Source: Macrostomum lignano (Eukaryota). Taken from it: 64,000 bases of DNA. The stretch covers positions 1-64,000 of the forward strand of contig NIVC01001838.1 of NCBI GenBank assembly GCA_002269645.1, given 5' to 3'. Position 1 is the first letter of the stretch; the number at the start of each line of letters is the position of its first letter. The notes beneath the pieces are model-generated. The model did no database searches. It saw nothing but the letters and a program-made list of their open reading frames with translations, and was not told the origin of the DNA. The position numbers and the translations under genes were made by a program. Positions 35,101-61,444 of this stretch are shown one piece after another.

Positions 35101-38100
35101 ACCCAGTTCCACAGAAATCCAAACCCAGTTCCACAGAACTCCGAACCCAGTTCCACAGAAATCCAAACCCAGTTCCACAGAAATCCAAACCCAGTTCCAC
35201 AGAACTCCGAACCCAGTTCCACAGAAATCCAAACCCAGTTCCACAGAAATCCAAACCCAGTTCCACAGAAATCCAAACCCAGTTCCACAGAACTCCGAAC
35301 CCAGTTCCACAGAAATCCAAACCCAGTTCCACAGAAATCCAAACCCAGTTCCACAGAAATCCAAACCCAGTTCCACAGAACTCCAAACTAATTCCACAGA
35401 ACTCCGAACCCAGTTCCACAGAACTCCGAACCCAGTTCCACAGAAATCCAAACCCAGTTCCACAGAACTCCGAACTGATTCCACAGAACTCCTAACCCAG
35501 TTCCACAGAAATCCAAACCCAGTTCCACAGAAATCCAATCCAAAATCCCGCAGTTCGCGTCAATCGCCAAGACTGTGAAAAACAAGCCAGTAGTGAACGA
35601 GTCGGTTTCCGACGAGGCCTACAGAAAGCGTTTAGAAAAACAGATGGAGAGCCTAAAAGAGCAGCTGCTCAAGATGACGTGTCAGAAGGATCGGGTCGAG
35701 GCTGAAAACGAGCGACTCGTTCGTCAGATGGAGACGTCCAGAGTAGCGGACGAGAATCCGCGGTTTGGTCAGCTGGCCGAGGAGCAGCTGTCCGAGCGGC
35801 AGCGAGTCCTGCACCAGATGGAGACTCTGTCCAGGTCAGTGTTCTCCCATTTGTAATTGCGTATTGGATCCTACAATTTAACCACTAATCCTTCAGTCTA
35901 ACCACTGATCCTTCAGTTAAACCCCTGATCCTTCAGTTCAACCCCTGATCCTTCAGTTCAACCTCTGATCCTTCAGTTAAACCTCTGATCCTTCAGTTAA
36001 ACCCCTGATCCTTCAGTTCAACCTCTGATCCTTCAGTTCAACCCCTGATCCTTTAGTTAAACCTCTGATCCTTCAGTTCAACCTCTGATCCTTCAGTTAA
36101 ACCTCTGATCCTTCAGTTAAACCCCTGATCCTTCAGTTCAACCTCTGATCCTTCAGTTAAACCTCTGATCCTTCAGTTAAACCCCTGATCCTTCAGTTCA
36201 ACCTCTGATCCTTTAGTTAAACCTCTGATCCTTCAGTTAAACCCCTGATCCTTCAGTTCAACCTCTGATCCTTCAGTTAAACCTCTGATCCTTCAGTTAA
36301 ACCCCTGATCCTTCAGTTCAACCTCTGATCCTTTAGTTAAACCTCTGATCCTTCAGTTAAACCTCTGATCCTTCAGTTAAACCTCTGATCCTTCAGTTAA
36401 ACCCCTGATCCTTCAGTTCAACCTCTGATCCTTTAGTTAAACCTCTGATCCTTCAGTTCAACCTCTGATCCTTCAGTTAAACCCCTGATCCTTCAGTTCA
36501 ACCTCTGATCCTTTAGTTAAACCTCTGATCCTTCAGTTAAACCTCTGATCCTTCAGTTCAACCTCTGATCCTTCAGTTCAACCTCTGATCCTTCAGTTAA
36601 ACCCCTGATCCTTCAGTTCAACCTCTGATCCTTCAGTTCAACCCCTGATCCTTCAGTTCAACCTCTGATCCTTCAGTTCAACCCCTGATCCTTCAGTTCA
36701 ACCTCTGATCCTTCAGTTCAACCCCTGATCCTTCAGTTCAACCTCTGATCCTTCAGTTCAACCTCTGATCCTTCAGTTTAGTGTACCAAGGCACTCAATA
36801 GAGTACTATAGGTACTACAAATGGAGTAGTTAGAAATCACCGTTCATACAGAAATAAAAATTCTCATAAATTTTTGTCCCCACGAAGGTACTGCGGCGCC
36901 TCAGGTATAGACGATGGCGACAGTTCCACTGGCGACGTCCCCGCCATGCTGCTGCGCCGACGCACCTGGGCGCCAAACAGTCGCCGACAATTGCCAGATA
37001 GCGGCGCTCTGCGACGCTGCCTGCTAGGCGCCATCGGCGAAGAGCCACCGCCTCCGCCTCCACCACCGCCCCCGGCGCCTTCGTTACCCTCGCTGTCAAC
37101 AGCCTCGTCGCAGCAGCAGCAGCAGCAGATTTTCCCCCCAGTTGGAGCCGACAGCTTTGACGATAATTTTGTTAGCCAAAAGCTGACCGAATCATTTTTC
37201 CGGCGTCTGGAATGCAGTCAAATGGAGGCGTCTTCGTTTAGCATTGACGGCGTGACGGCCACTGTGAACAGGGACAGCCAGACTGAGTCTGAGTCCTGGC
37301 AGCAGCCGCAGCAGCAGCAACAACAACAGGAACAGCAGGTTCTGCTTCTGTCCCGCGTTGCCGAGCTGGAGCAGCAGTTGCAGTCCGCTTGCGGTGAATC
37401 GCAGCGCTTAGCTGCTCAACTCGAACTGGAGCAACGGAATACCAGCCGGCTGGCTGAGCAGGTGAGGGGTGGGGGTTCGGGTGGCTGAGGTGTGTGGGCG
37501 GAGGTTCGGCTAGCTGAGGTGTGTGGGCGGAGGTTCGGCTAGCTGAGGTGTGTGGGCGGAGGTTCGGGTGGCTGAGGTGTGTGGGCGGAGGTTCGGCTAG
37601 CTGAGGTGTGTGGGCGGAGGTTCGGGTAGCTCAGATAGGTGTGTGCAGAGGTTCAGGCAGCTCAGATAGGTGTGTGCAGAGGTTCAGGCAGCTCAGATAG
37701 GTGTGTGCAGAGGTTCAGGCAGCTCAGATAGGTGTGTGCAGAGGTTCAGGCAGCTCAGATAGGTGTGTGCAGAGGTTCAACAGCTATAATTGCTAAGTGT
37801 CAGCATAATCACGCACAGTGATGGTTCTGCCCATTGTCCAGGTGGCCAAGCTGGAGCATGAGAATGCCTCCCTGTGCGGTCGGATATCCCGCATGGAGGA
37901 GGAGGAGTTCATCGGCCTGGAGCTGCAGGCCGCCGAAGCTGCAGCGGCGGCTCTGGAGAGCAGCCAGCGCGAGGACATCGGCGGCAGCGACATCTTTGGC
38001 CGGCCAACTGTTCTATCGCCGAGAGCCGATGCGGAGTCGCTGGCAACGCCAGTAGTTGCAGTCCAAGCTGATGCAGTCTCTGATTCAGCTGCCGATGAGG

Positions 38101-41100
38101 CGCGGCAGCTGGCTCGCCGTGTCGTCGATCTGGAGCGTCAGCTGGTGGCCAGCACTCAGACGGAGGCTGCCGCAGACCTGGCTGAAGCGCCGCTGGTCCT
38201 CGCCGATGCGCAGGTTCAAACCGAGATACCCAGAGACAGCCCGTGGGAAGCCAGTTTAGAGAAAGCGGAGTCGCGCGCTAACGAAGCGGCGCAATACGCT
38301 TCGGAATTGGAGCAGCGGTTAATCGCGGCTGAGGCTCGAGCCGTAGAAGCGGAACTGGTTGCGGCGGAAGCTGCTCAGGGGCAAAGCCAGCTGCTGCTGG
38401 CGGCGAGGCACTGGACATGCAGGTATTCGGTATCGAAGCTGATGAATCAGGCGCTGGAGATACGGAGCAGTCGGTTGGCAACGCGGAATCGCGTATCGAG
38501 CAAGCTGAATTGCGCGCCAAGGAAGCGGAAGCACTGGTCATTGAAGAGCGGAAGCGCGCCAAGGAAGCAGAGGCGCGCAACGCGGAGGCGGAAACGCGCG
38601 CTAAAGAAGCGGAAGCGCTCATTTTGGAAGAGCGGAGCCGCACCTCGGAAGCAGAGGAGCGCGCCACTGAAGCCACGAATCGCTTATTGGAATCGGAGAC
38701 TCGCGCTTTGGAAGCGGAAGCTCGCTTAACCAGCTTAGAGACAAGCGCCTCGGAAGCGGAAGAGCTTGTCATCGAAGAGCGGAAGCGCGCTGCGGAAGCC
38801 GAGACGCGCGCCACGGAAGCAGAAACGCGTGCTACGAAAGCTGAAACACGCGTTACAGAAGCGGAAGCGCTCATCATCGAAGAGCAGAAGCGCGCTACGG
38901 AAGCAGAAACGCGCGCCGCGGAAGTGGAAACGCGTGTCACAGTAGCAGAATCACGCGCTGAAGAAGCGGAAAAACGCGCTGTAGAAGCAGAAACGCGCGC
39001 TGAAGAAGCAGAAGCGCTCGTCATTGAAGAACGAAATCGCGCCAAAGAAGTGGAAAACCGCTTATTGGAATCGGAAACTCGTGCTTCGGAAGCAGAATCT
39101 CGCTTAACCGAGTTACAAACTGACGTCATGAAAGCAGAGACGCGCGCCACGGAAGCAGAAGCTCGCTTAACGGAATCGGAAACTCGCGCCAAAGAAATAG
39201 AAGCTCGCACGTCGGAAGCGGAGCAGCGCGCTACGGAAGCGGAGCAGCGCGCTACGGAAGCGGAGCAGCGCGCTACGGAAGCGGAACAGCGCGCCACAGA
39301 GGCGGATAATCGAGCCACGGAAGCGGAAAAGCGACTTGCCGAAGCGGAACAGCGCGCCACAGACGCCGGCTCCGACGCGTCCGGCAGTCCGAACAAATCC
39401 GACGCCACGCTGATACCGGCCACGGAGGAGCAGCAGCGCCGCCTGGCCTGGACCGAGGCCCGGCTTTTGGACGCCGAGGCTCGAGCCGCGGCAGCAGCTG
39501 AGGAGTCTGACTCGATGCACGCCCGCTTCACCGAGCTGGCCGCAGCCGAGGCCGAGCTGCGCAATGAGCTGGCCAATCTGAGGCCGCTGCTGGAGGCCAG
39601 CGGTTTGGAGGCCATCAGACTGCAGGAGGAAAATGCCAAGCTGATTGCGGAGCTGGAAGAGTTCAGGTTGGGCGCTTTGGGTTTTTAGGGTGTAGGGTCG
39701 CCAGGGTCATGCGTACTTACATGTAGATCATCAGGGCTCAATTATTCATTAACTTGTGTCATCCAGGTTCATAAATATTTATTAACTTGGGTCATCCAGG
39801 TTCATAAATATTTACTAACTTAGGTCATCCAGGGTCATAAATATTAATTAATTTAGGTCATCGAAGGTCGTAAATATTAGTTATTTTAGGTCCTCAGAGA
39901 TCATAAATATTGGCTAATTTAGGTCATCAGTGGTCATAAATGTTGGTTAATTTAGGTCCTCAGGGGTAATAAATGTTGGTTAATTTAGGTCCTCAGGGGT
40001 CATAAATGTTGGTTAATTTAGGTCCTCAGGGGTCATAAATGTTGGTTAATTTAGGTCCTCAGGGGTCATAAATGTTGGTTAATTTAGGTCCTCAGGGGTA
40101 ATAAATGTTGGTTAATTTAGGTCCTTAGGGGTAATAAATGTTGGTTAATTTAGGTCCTCAGGGGTCATAAATGTTGGTTAATTTAGGTCCTTAGGGGTAA
40201 TAAATGTTGGTTAATTTAGGTCCTCAGGGGTCATAAATGTTGGTTAATTTAGGTCCTCAGGGGTCATAAATGTTGGTTAATTTAGGTCCTCAGGGGTCAT
40301 AAATGTTGGTTAATTTAGGTCCTCAGGGGTAATAAATGTTGGTTAATTTAGGTCCTTAGGGGTAATAAATGTTGGTTAATTTAGGTCCTCAGGGGTCATA
40401 AATGTTGGTTAATTTAGGTCCTCAGGGGTCATAAATGTTGGTTAATTTAGGTCCTCAGGGGTAATAAATGTTGGTTAATTTAGGTCCTCAGGGGTCATAA
40501 TATTGGTTAATTTAGGTCCTCAGGGGTAATAAATGTTGGTTAATTTAGGTTATCATAGGTCATAAAAAGTTTAATAAGCTATACGTGTAGACAGCCTTGT
40601 ACATTGTTAGTTTTCTAAAGAAAAATATTTTTCAAATCGTTACAAAGCATCAGCCCTAAAAGCCAGCTGTCTAGCTTATTTTCGAAATAAAAGTACATCG
40701 TGCACTCCCCACCCGACAAACAACAGGGAGCGCACCAGCAAGTACTGGTCGGAGGGCAGGCGCGGCGTGATCAACTCCGAGGTGCTCCGCCTGCAATCCG
40801 AACTGGACGAAGCTCTCGGCCAGCTGTCCAGAGAGCGGGCCGACCGAGCCCAGCTGATGTCGCTGGCCGAGGAGGAGAACGCCAGACTGCTCGCCCAGCT
40901 GGAGCAGCTCGAATCCGCCCGCTCGGCCGCTGCCGCGCCTCCGCCAGCGCCAACTCCGCCGCCTCCGCCGCCGCCGCAACCGCAGCCGTCGAAGCCGTCG
41001 GTCCGGACGGCCTGCACGCAGACGTTCGCCGGCTCCGAATGGATTGTGAAGGTCAGCTCGTCCACCATGACTTGCCCGGAGCTCAGGCGGCTGCAGCTTG

Positions 41101-43081
41101 ACGAAACCTGCCTGCACTCGGCTGTACAGACTGAGCGAGTGGCGGCCACCTCGCTCGATGCCCCGGCCGATGTCGAATGCCAGACTGCCATTGACAGCGT
41201 CGAGCTGCACCGTCTGGAAGGCCTGGCGGCTCGCCTGACGGACTCGGAGGCTGCGGCGGCCGGGCTGGAGTCGCGCCTGGCCGAAGCCAGCGAACAGCTC
41301 CTGGCCGAGCGGCGTCGGGTCGCCGCCGCCTTCAACGACATCGCCGCCCTGTACGAGCTGTCCGACGCCAGGAAGCGGGAGCGGGACCGCATGGCTGCCA
41401 ACTACAGCCGGGCGCATCGTCTGTGCCGCCGCGCAATCGCCAAGGCCTCAAATTTGAAGGCCAAGCTGCAGGTTCAGTTAGCCGAAGGCCGAACAATGTC
41501 CCTAGCCGACTACCATCAGCTTGTCAAGGCCGACGATTGCGGCGGCGACAATGCCGAGCTGCACCGCGAGCTGGCCGACGCTACCGACGCTTTGGCCGAC
41601 CTGCGGCGTGCGCTGGACAAGCGAGATTATTCTGACGAGGCCGGCGACACAGACTATCGAGCTCTGCTCATGACTGTACTGCAGGCCATCAGCTGCCGCG
41701 ACCAGGGCGTCCGCGTGGACCTCTTCCTCAGCCTGGACTCGGCTGTCAAATCGGACGAACGGCAGGCCGATCTGCGTCGGGCATTCTACGACGCCGTCGA
41801 AGCTGTCTCCGGCGCCGAGTACGAGCTCAGGCGGCTCAACGATAAAATTGAATCGTTGAAATCCGAGCTCAACCAAGTGGCCGCTATGCCGGACGAGATT
41901 GACAGCTCAGCGGCTTCAAAGCTGCAGGCCGAGCTGGCTGACGCCGCGGAGCGAGCCGCAGCTGCCGAGGTTCGCTGTTCTGAGCTGGAAAATCGGCTGC
42001 AAGCGACTGCTGAGCAGGTGGCAACTGTTGAGGCTAAGCTTGAGTCGGCTAAGACTCGAGCTGACGCTGCCGAATGCCGCTGTTCGGAGCTCAACAAGCA
42101 GCTGGCGATTGTTGCCGAGCGAGCGGCGGCATCCGAGACGGCGGCGGAGCGCGCGACAGCGGAATCGGACGAGCTTCGGTCTCGCTGCCAGCGGCTGACT
42201 GAGGAACTGGCGACTCTCGATGAGAAGAGCGGCCGGATGGGTTTGGCCTTCTCGGCCATAGTGGAGCGCGCCCAGGCCTGCCAGCATTGCGCCGCCGTTG
42301 TTCGTCGCCACGTTGTGCCGTCGCGCGCCACCGGACGCAACTCCGGCGAGGAGGCGTCGGCCGCCGCCGGCGGCAAGCAGCGACGCTCCGGGGGCCGCCG
42401 GTTGCTCGACTGCCCGTGCCGAACTCGGCAGCACAGCCGGTAGCTTCTGCCGCAGCGGTCACTGCTAGACTTCCTGGGACTGCCTCGGTCAAGTCTTTTC
42501 CCCCGCCTCCCCCGCCTGCGGCCAGGGAATACAAAGACTTCACCGACTCGAGGCTCAAGGAGAACAAAGACTCTACCAGCTCGATGCTCAAGGAGAACAA
42601 AGACTCCACTAGCTCGATGCTCAAGGAGAACAAAGACTCTACCAGCTCGATGCTCAAGGAGAACAAAGACTCCACTAGCTCGATGCTCAAGGAGAACAAA
42701 GACTCTACCAGCTCGATGCTCAAGGAGAACAAAGACTCCACTAGCTCGATGCTCAAGGCGCACACGGACTCCTTCAGTTCTATGTGCAAAGAAAACAAAG
42801 AGCCTACTAGCTATTTAAGTAAACAGAACAAAGACTCGGCCAGCACCGTATCCAAAGCGAAGGTTGATTTAACCGGTTCAGTATCGATAGAGAACAAAGA
42901 TTCAGCCAGTCCGCCAGTGTCCAGGGAGGCCGGTGGCGTAGCCAAGGCAACCGCAGAGCTATCAGGGAGGGCGTCATCAGCCGCAGCAGCAGAAGATGAA
43001 GGCGCACTAGCGGCTGACCCGTCAGGCAAGTACCAGATCCCCGAGTCTGCCCGCAACGATCCCCTCTGCAGGCAGTCTTAA
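32172..43081 (+). CDS. Kinesin-7 / CENP-E-like kinesin. Exons 32172-32316, 32393-32595, 32758-32959, 33675-33796, 34550-34686, 34798-34924, 35554-35834, 36888-37461, 37842-39666 (one frameshift near 38380), 40727-43081 (86-bp intron or frameshift near 42400-42525)
   Basis: Motor motifs [71 protein letters not shown] motif after the neck as in CENP-E, a long coiled coil and C-terminal CRQS. All intron phases are consistent. Family call from motifs, orthology untested. Confidence 0.85.
33015..36780 (+). repeat. Four different intronic arrays in the kinesin gene: 33015-33610 (about 28 bp), 33848-34445 (21 bp), 34970-35545 (22 bp), 35880-36780 (20 bp)
   Basis: Units cccagatcctcagttgctgggccagcct; tatctatcagattccacagca; aaatccaaacccagttccacag; aacctctgatccttcagtt(a/c). 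Confidence 0.96.
37462..37780 (+). repeat. About 29-bp intronic repeat starting at the donor site, two subtypes
   Basis: ggttcggctagctgaggtgtgtgggcgga, then ggttcaggcagctcagataggtgtgtgcaga. Confidence 0.93.
39770..40560 (+). repeat. 33-bp intronic minisatellite (taatttaggtcctcaggggtcataaatgttggt)
   Basis: Directly visible, degenerating toward its 5' edge. Confidence 0.96.
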
Positions 43082-43569
43082 CAGGAAGCACAAACTATTG
43101 AACCGATGCGTGCTACAATAATCTAACCTTTAATTCCCGTCTCAGTAGCGGTCTTATCTCCGAATGATTCAAATTTTAGGCAGCGCCCAAGCCCTACTAT
43201 TAACTGTACTATAACAACTAATCGTACTTGAAACTTTATTTTCTCAGTTTAATTTATTTTCTTATTTTTAGTCCACTTGCTATCGTTGCTATTGGAATAT
43301 TTGAATTATTTTCAATTCCAAGAAATTGCAGTTTTGGTGCTCAATACTTGCTGCATTTTGTGTGGGAGGCATTTAAACTCTTTTTTTAAATAAATTCATT
43401 ATTCTTGTGTTTGTTTGTTTACAAGCAATAAAACAGTCTTGTTAATCAGTCGGCTTCACTGCTAACAATATTTATTGTGCTATTTAAAATCAAAATGGCT
43501 TCATTTGCTGGCATCCAATTTGTGGAGTTTGCTTTGAGTCAACTTCTAGCAAATACTGTTTGACCACAG

Positions 43570-45000
43570 GTACTGATAATGGACAGGTGCTGACACTGTT
43601 AGATGGACAGGTGCTGACACAGACACTGTTGATGGACAGGTGCTGACACACACTAATGATGGACAGGTGCTGACACACACTGATAATGGACAGGTGCTGA
43701 CACTGTTGATGGACAGGTGCTGGCACTGTTAGATGGACAAGTGCTGACACAGACACTCTTGATGGACAGGTGCTGACACTGTTAGATGGACAGGTGCTGA
43801 CAATGTTAGATGGACAGGTGCTGGCACTGTTAGATGGACAAGTGCTGACACAGACACTCTTTATGGACAGGTGCTGACACTGTTAGATGGACAGGTGCTG
43901 GCACTGTTAGATGGACAAGTGCTGACACACACTAATGATGGACTGGTTTACACACACTGATAATGGACAGGTGCTGACACTGTTGATGGACAGGTGCTGG
44001 CACTGTTAGATGGACAGGTGTTGGCACTGTTAGATGGACAGGTGCTGACACTGTTGATGGACAGGTGCTGGCACTGTTAGATGGACAGGTGCTGGCACTG
44101 TTAGATGGACAGGTGCTGACACTGTTAGATGGACAGGTGCTGGCACTGTTAGATGGACAGGTGCTGGCACTGTTAGATGGACAGGTGCTGACACTGTTAG
44201 ATGGACAGGTGCTGGCACTGTTAGATGGACAAGTGCTGACACAGACACTCTTGATGAACAGGTGCTGACACACACTAATGATGGACAGGTACTGACACTG
44301 TTAGATGGACAGGTGCTGACACTGTTAGATGGACAAGAGCTGACACAGACACTCTTGATGGACAGGTACTGACAGTGTTAGATGGACAAGTGCTGACACA
44401 GACACTGTTGATTAACAGGTGCTGACACACACTAATGATGGACAGGTACTGACACTGTCTCATCATGTCTCATCTTGCTGTCAGAGCTGTGTCTGTTGAG
44501 TATGGCAGATCATGTCTCATCTTGCTGTCAGAGCTGTGTCTGTTGAGTATGGCAGATCATGTCTCATCTTGCTGTCAGAGCTGTGTCTGTTGAGTATGGC
44601 AGATCATGTCTCATCTTGCTGTCAGAGCTGTGTCTGTTGAGTATGGCAGATCATGTCTCATCTTGCTGTCAGAGCTGTGTCTGTTGAGTATGGCAGATCA
44701 TGTCTCATCTTGCTGTCAGAGCTGTGTGTGTTGAGTATGGCAGATCATGTCTCATCTTGCTGTCAGAGCTGTGTCTGTTGAGTATGGCAGATCATGTCTC
44801 ATCTTGCTGTCAGAGCTGTGTGTGTTGAGTATGGCAGATCATGTCTCATCTTGCTGTCAGAGCTGTGTCTGTTGAGTATGGCAGATCATGTCTCATCTTG
44901 CTGTCAGAGCTGTGTCAGTTGAGTATGGCAGATCATGTCTCACCTTGCTGTCAGAGCTGTGTCTGTTGAGTATGGCAGATCATGTCTCATCTTGCTGTCT
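43570..45000. repeat. Two abutting arrays: about 24-bp unit (43570-44458) and 47-bp unit (44460-45000)
   Basis: gatggacaggtgctgacactgtta; atcatgtctcatcttgctgtcagagctgtgtctgttgagtatggcag. Confidence 0.95.
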
Positions 45001-45743
45001 CTCGCCCATTCCCAAAGCACATGTTCTGCACCAGAATTGTTTTAAATTGATCTGGAGTATCGCTTATACTTTCTGCCACTAAAGTTGTTGAGTGGCTACG
45101 GGAACATGCGCAGCATATGCAAGCGTTTTATCAACCAGGCACTTCAGCATGCATTTTCCGTTCCACTTGGGCTTCCTTTGTAAAATCTATCGTGGGGGCT
45201 CCCGGATCAGCGACTGCATGCGGTCTCGCGCTAGCAAAGCTGTGAGTCAGTGAGCCTGCAAGTCAGCAACACTGCGGCTATCCACTGTGCAGGCCAGCCA
45301 TTGGCGTCACTATTGGCAACGCTGCTATCGGTAGTGACTGCAATTCGCCCTATACCTGTATGCGTCCCAGGCGCATCGACCGGAGCGGGGCAAATTGCAT
45401 TTTTAAGCTGACAAAATGCTTCCCCTCCGGCGTGCAGAGCGCTGGGGGGGAGGCTCACTCTGAATAGGCAGACGGGCGGCTTTGAGCTACCAGTGCCTGC
45501 AGCAGCCAGTCAGGCCGAGGGTACAGAGTCGCTCGATAACCATACGCTTGAAACAACAAAACTACCCCCAACTGCCTCTCCCCTCCAATTCTCAGGTGCT
45601 ACAAAGCCCCAGCCCCACTGAGCAGAGCTAAACCAAAAAACCGGCCCCTTCCAGTTATACACCTGGCCTGATCTGGGAAGTAGCTCATTGCTGCATGCAA
45701 GTGACAGTAGTCGGACAGGCTGCTGGTTAGCTAGGCTAAGCGC

Positions 45744-60149
<14,406 letters not shown>

Positions 60150-60182
60150 CGTCACTTGCGCGGGACTGGATAGTAGGCTCAG

Positions 60183-60719
60183 GTGAGTCATAATTGCTCA
60201 ACCAGGGTTTCTGACTTTGTCTCGTGGCTTTACTCTATGTGACTTTATTACGTCTGCCTCAGTCCATCAAGCTTATCAGCTCTCTTATCATCCTCTCTTA
60301 TCAGCTCTCTTATCAGCTCTCCTATCATCCTCTCTTATCGGCTCTATTATCAGCTCTCTTATCAGCCTCTCTTATCAGCTCTCTTATCGGCTCTATTATC
60401 AGCTCTCTTATCAGCCTCTCTTATCAGCTCTCTTATCGGCTCTATTATCAGCTCTTTTATCGGCTCTCTTATCAGCTCTCTTATCGGCTCTATTATCAGC
60501 TCTCTTATCAGCCTCTCTCTTATCATCCTCTCTTATCAGCCTCTCACTTATCAGCCTCTCTTATCAGCTCTCTTATCAGCCTCTCTTATCAGCCTCTCTC
60601 TTATCAGCCTCTCTCTTATCGTCCTCTCTCTTATCAGCCTCTCTCTTTATCACACAGTATATACATGAATTTTGTCTATGCATATAATACACATTTGAAT
60701 TCGTCTTTAAATATTCCAG
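60183..60719 (+). other. Probable 3'-UTR intron of the Kv gene containing a 12-bp tandem array
   Basis: CAG|GTGAGT donor 33 nt after the stop, candidate acceptor attccag at 60719, AATAAA near 60757. Confidence 0.55.
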
Positions 60720-61444
60720 CCACCGGACGTCACTCTGCTCAGCTTCTTGACGTACCAAATAAAACTCAAAATCAGATAAATATTTTGGCAAGAGAGTTAC
60801 TGTTTTAACTGTGTTATGCACTGTTTGCTGTTTCATGAAGGTTTTTTAACTCAATTAACCCTTACATAATCATTCAATTATTTTGTGCCTTCAAATTTCA
60901 CTATCATTTATCTATGATATTATAAACCTCTTAATATTTCAAAAGACGTTTCTCCTGCTAAAAGTGCCTGTTTGAAACGCACTTTTTATATCCGTCTAGA
61001 TGTTCCCGGACGTCGCGCACTACTGGGCAGTAGTTTTGATGCGCGTTGAATTAATATTTTGTTTTTAATAAACAGAAATTATTCTGTGCAAAAATGGTTG
61101 TTTTTATTTGCATTGCTGCTTCTTTAAAGTGTGAACAGTTGACAATGAATGAAATGAATACCGAGTCAGAAAAATAAATGCGTCACCTTGTTACAATGGC
61201 TACGAATCAAATTTTGCGTAATATTTATTTGCGAGGACCACTAAGAGGATAGAGCAGCTGAGCACTTGACTAGGCTGATTAAAGTAGTATAATAAGTGTT
61301 TTATGCTCAAATCATAGATAATCGCTTAAGTTTTTATAGGCGATATTTTGGCCATTATTCTAGCCTTTCTAGCCTATAGAAGTGATCGCAAGTCATCCAT
61401 GGACAGCTAAAGTCGAAAGACGCACCACAGCCCCCAGCCAAAAT

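Noticed and set aside
38278-39639. 453-aa antisense ORF over the kinesin coiled coil (and similar antisense ORFs over other GC-rich exons)
   Set aside because: Shadow ORFs caused by codon bias and the repeat structure of the sense exon.
44460-45000. 47-bp direct repeats resembling a CRISPR array
   Set aside because: No unique spacers and no cas genes, in a eukaryotic context.
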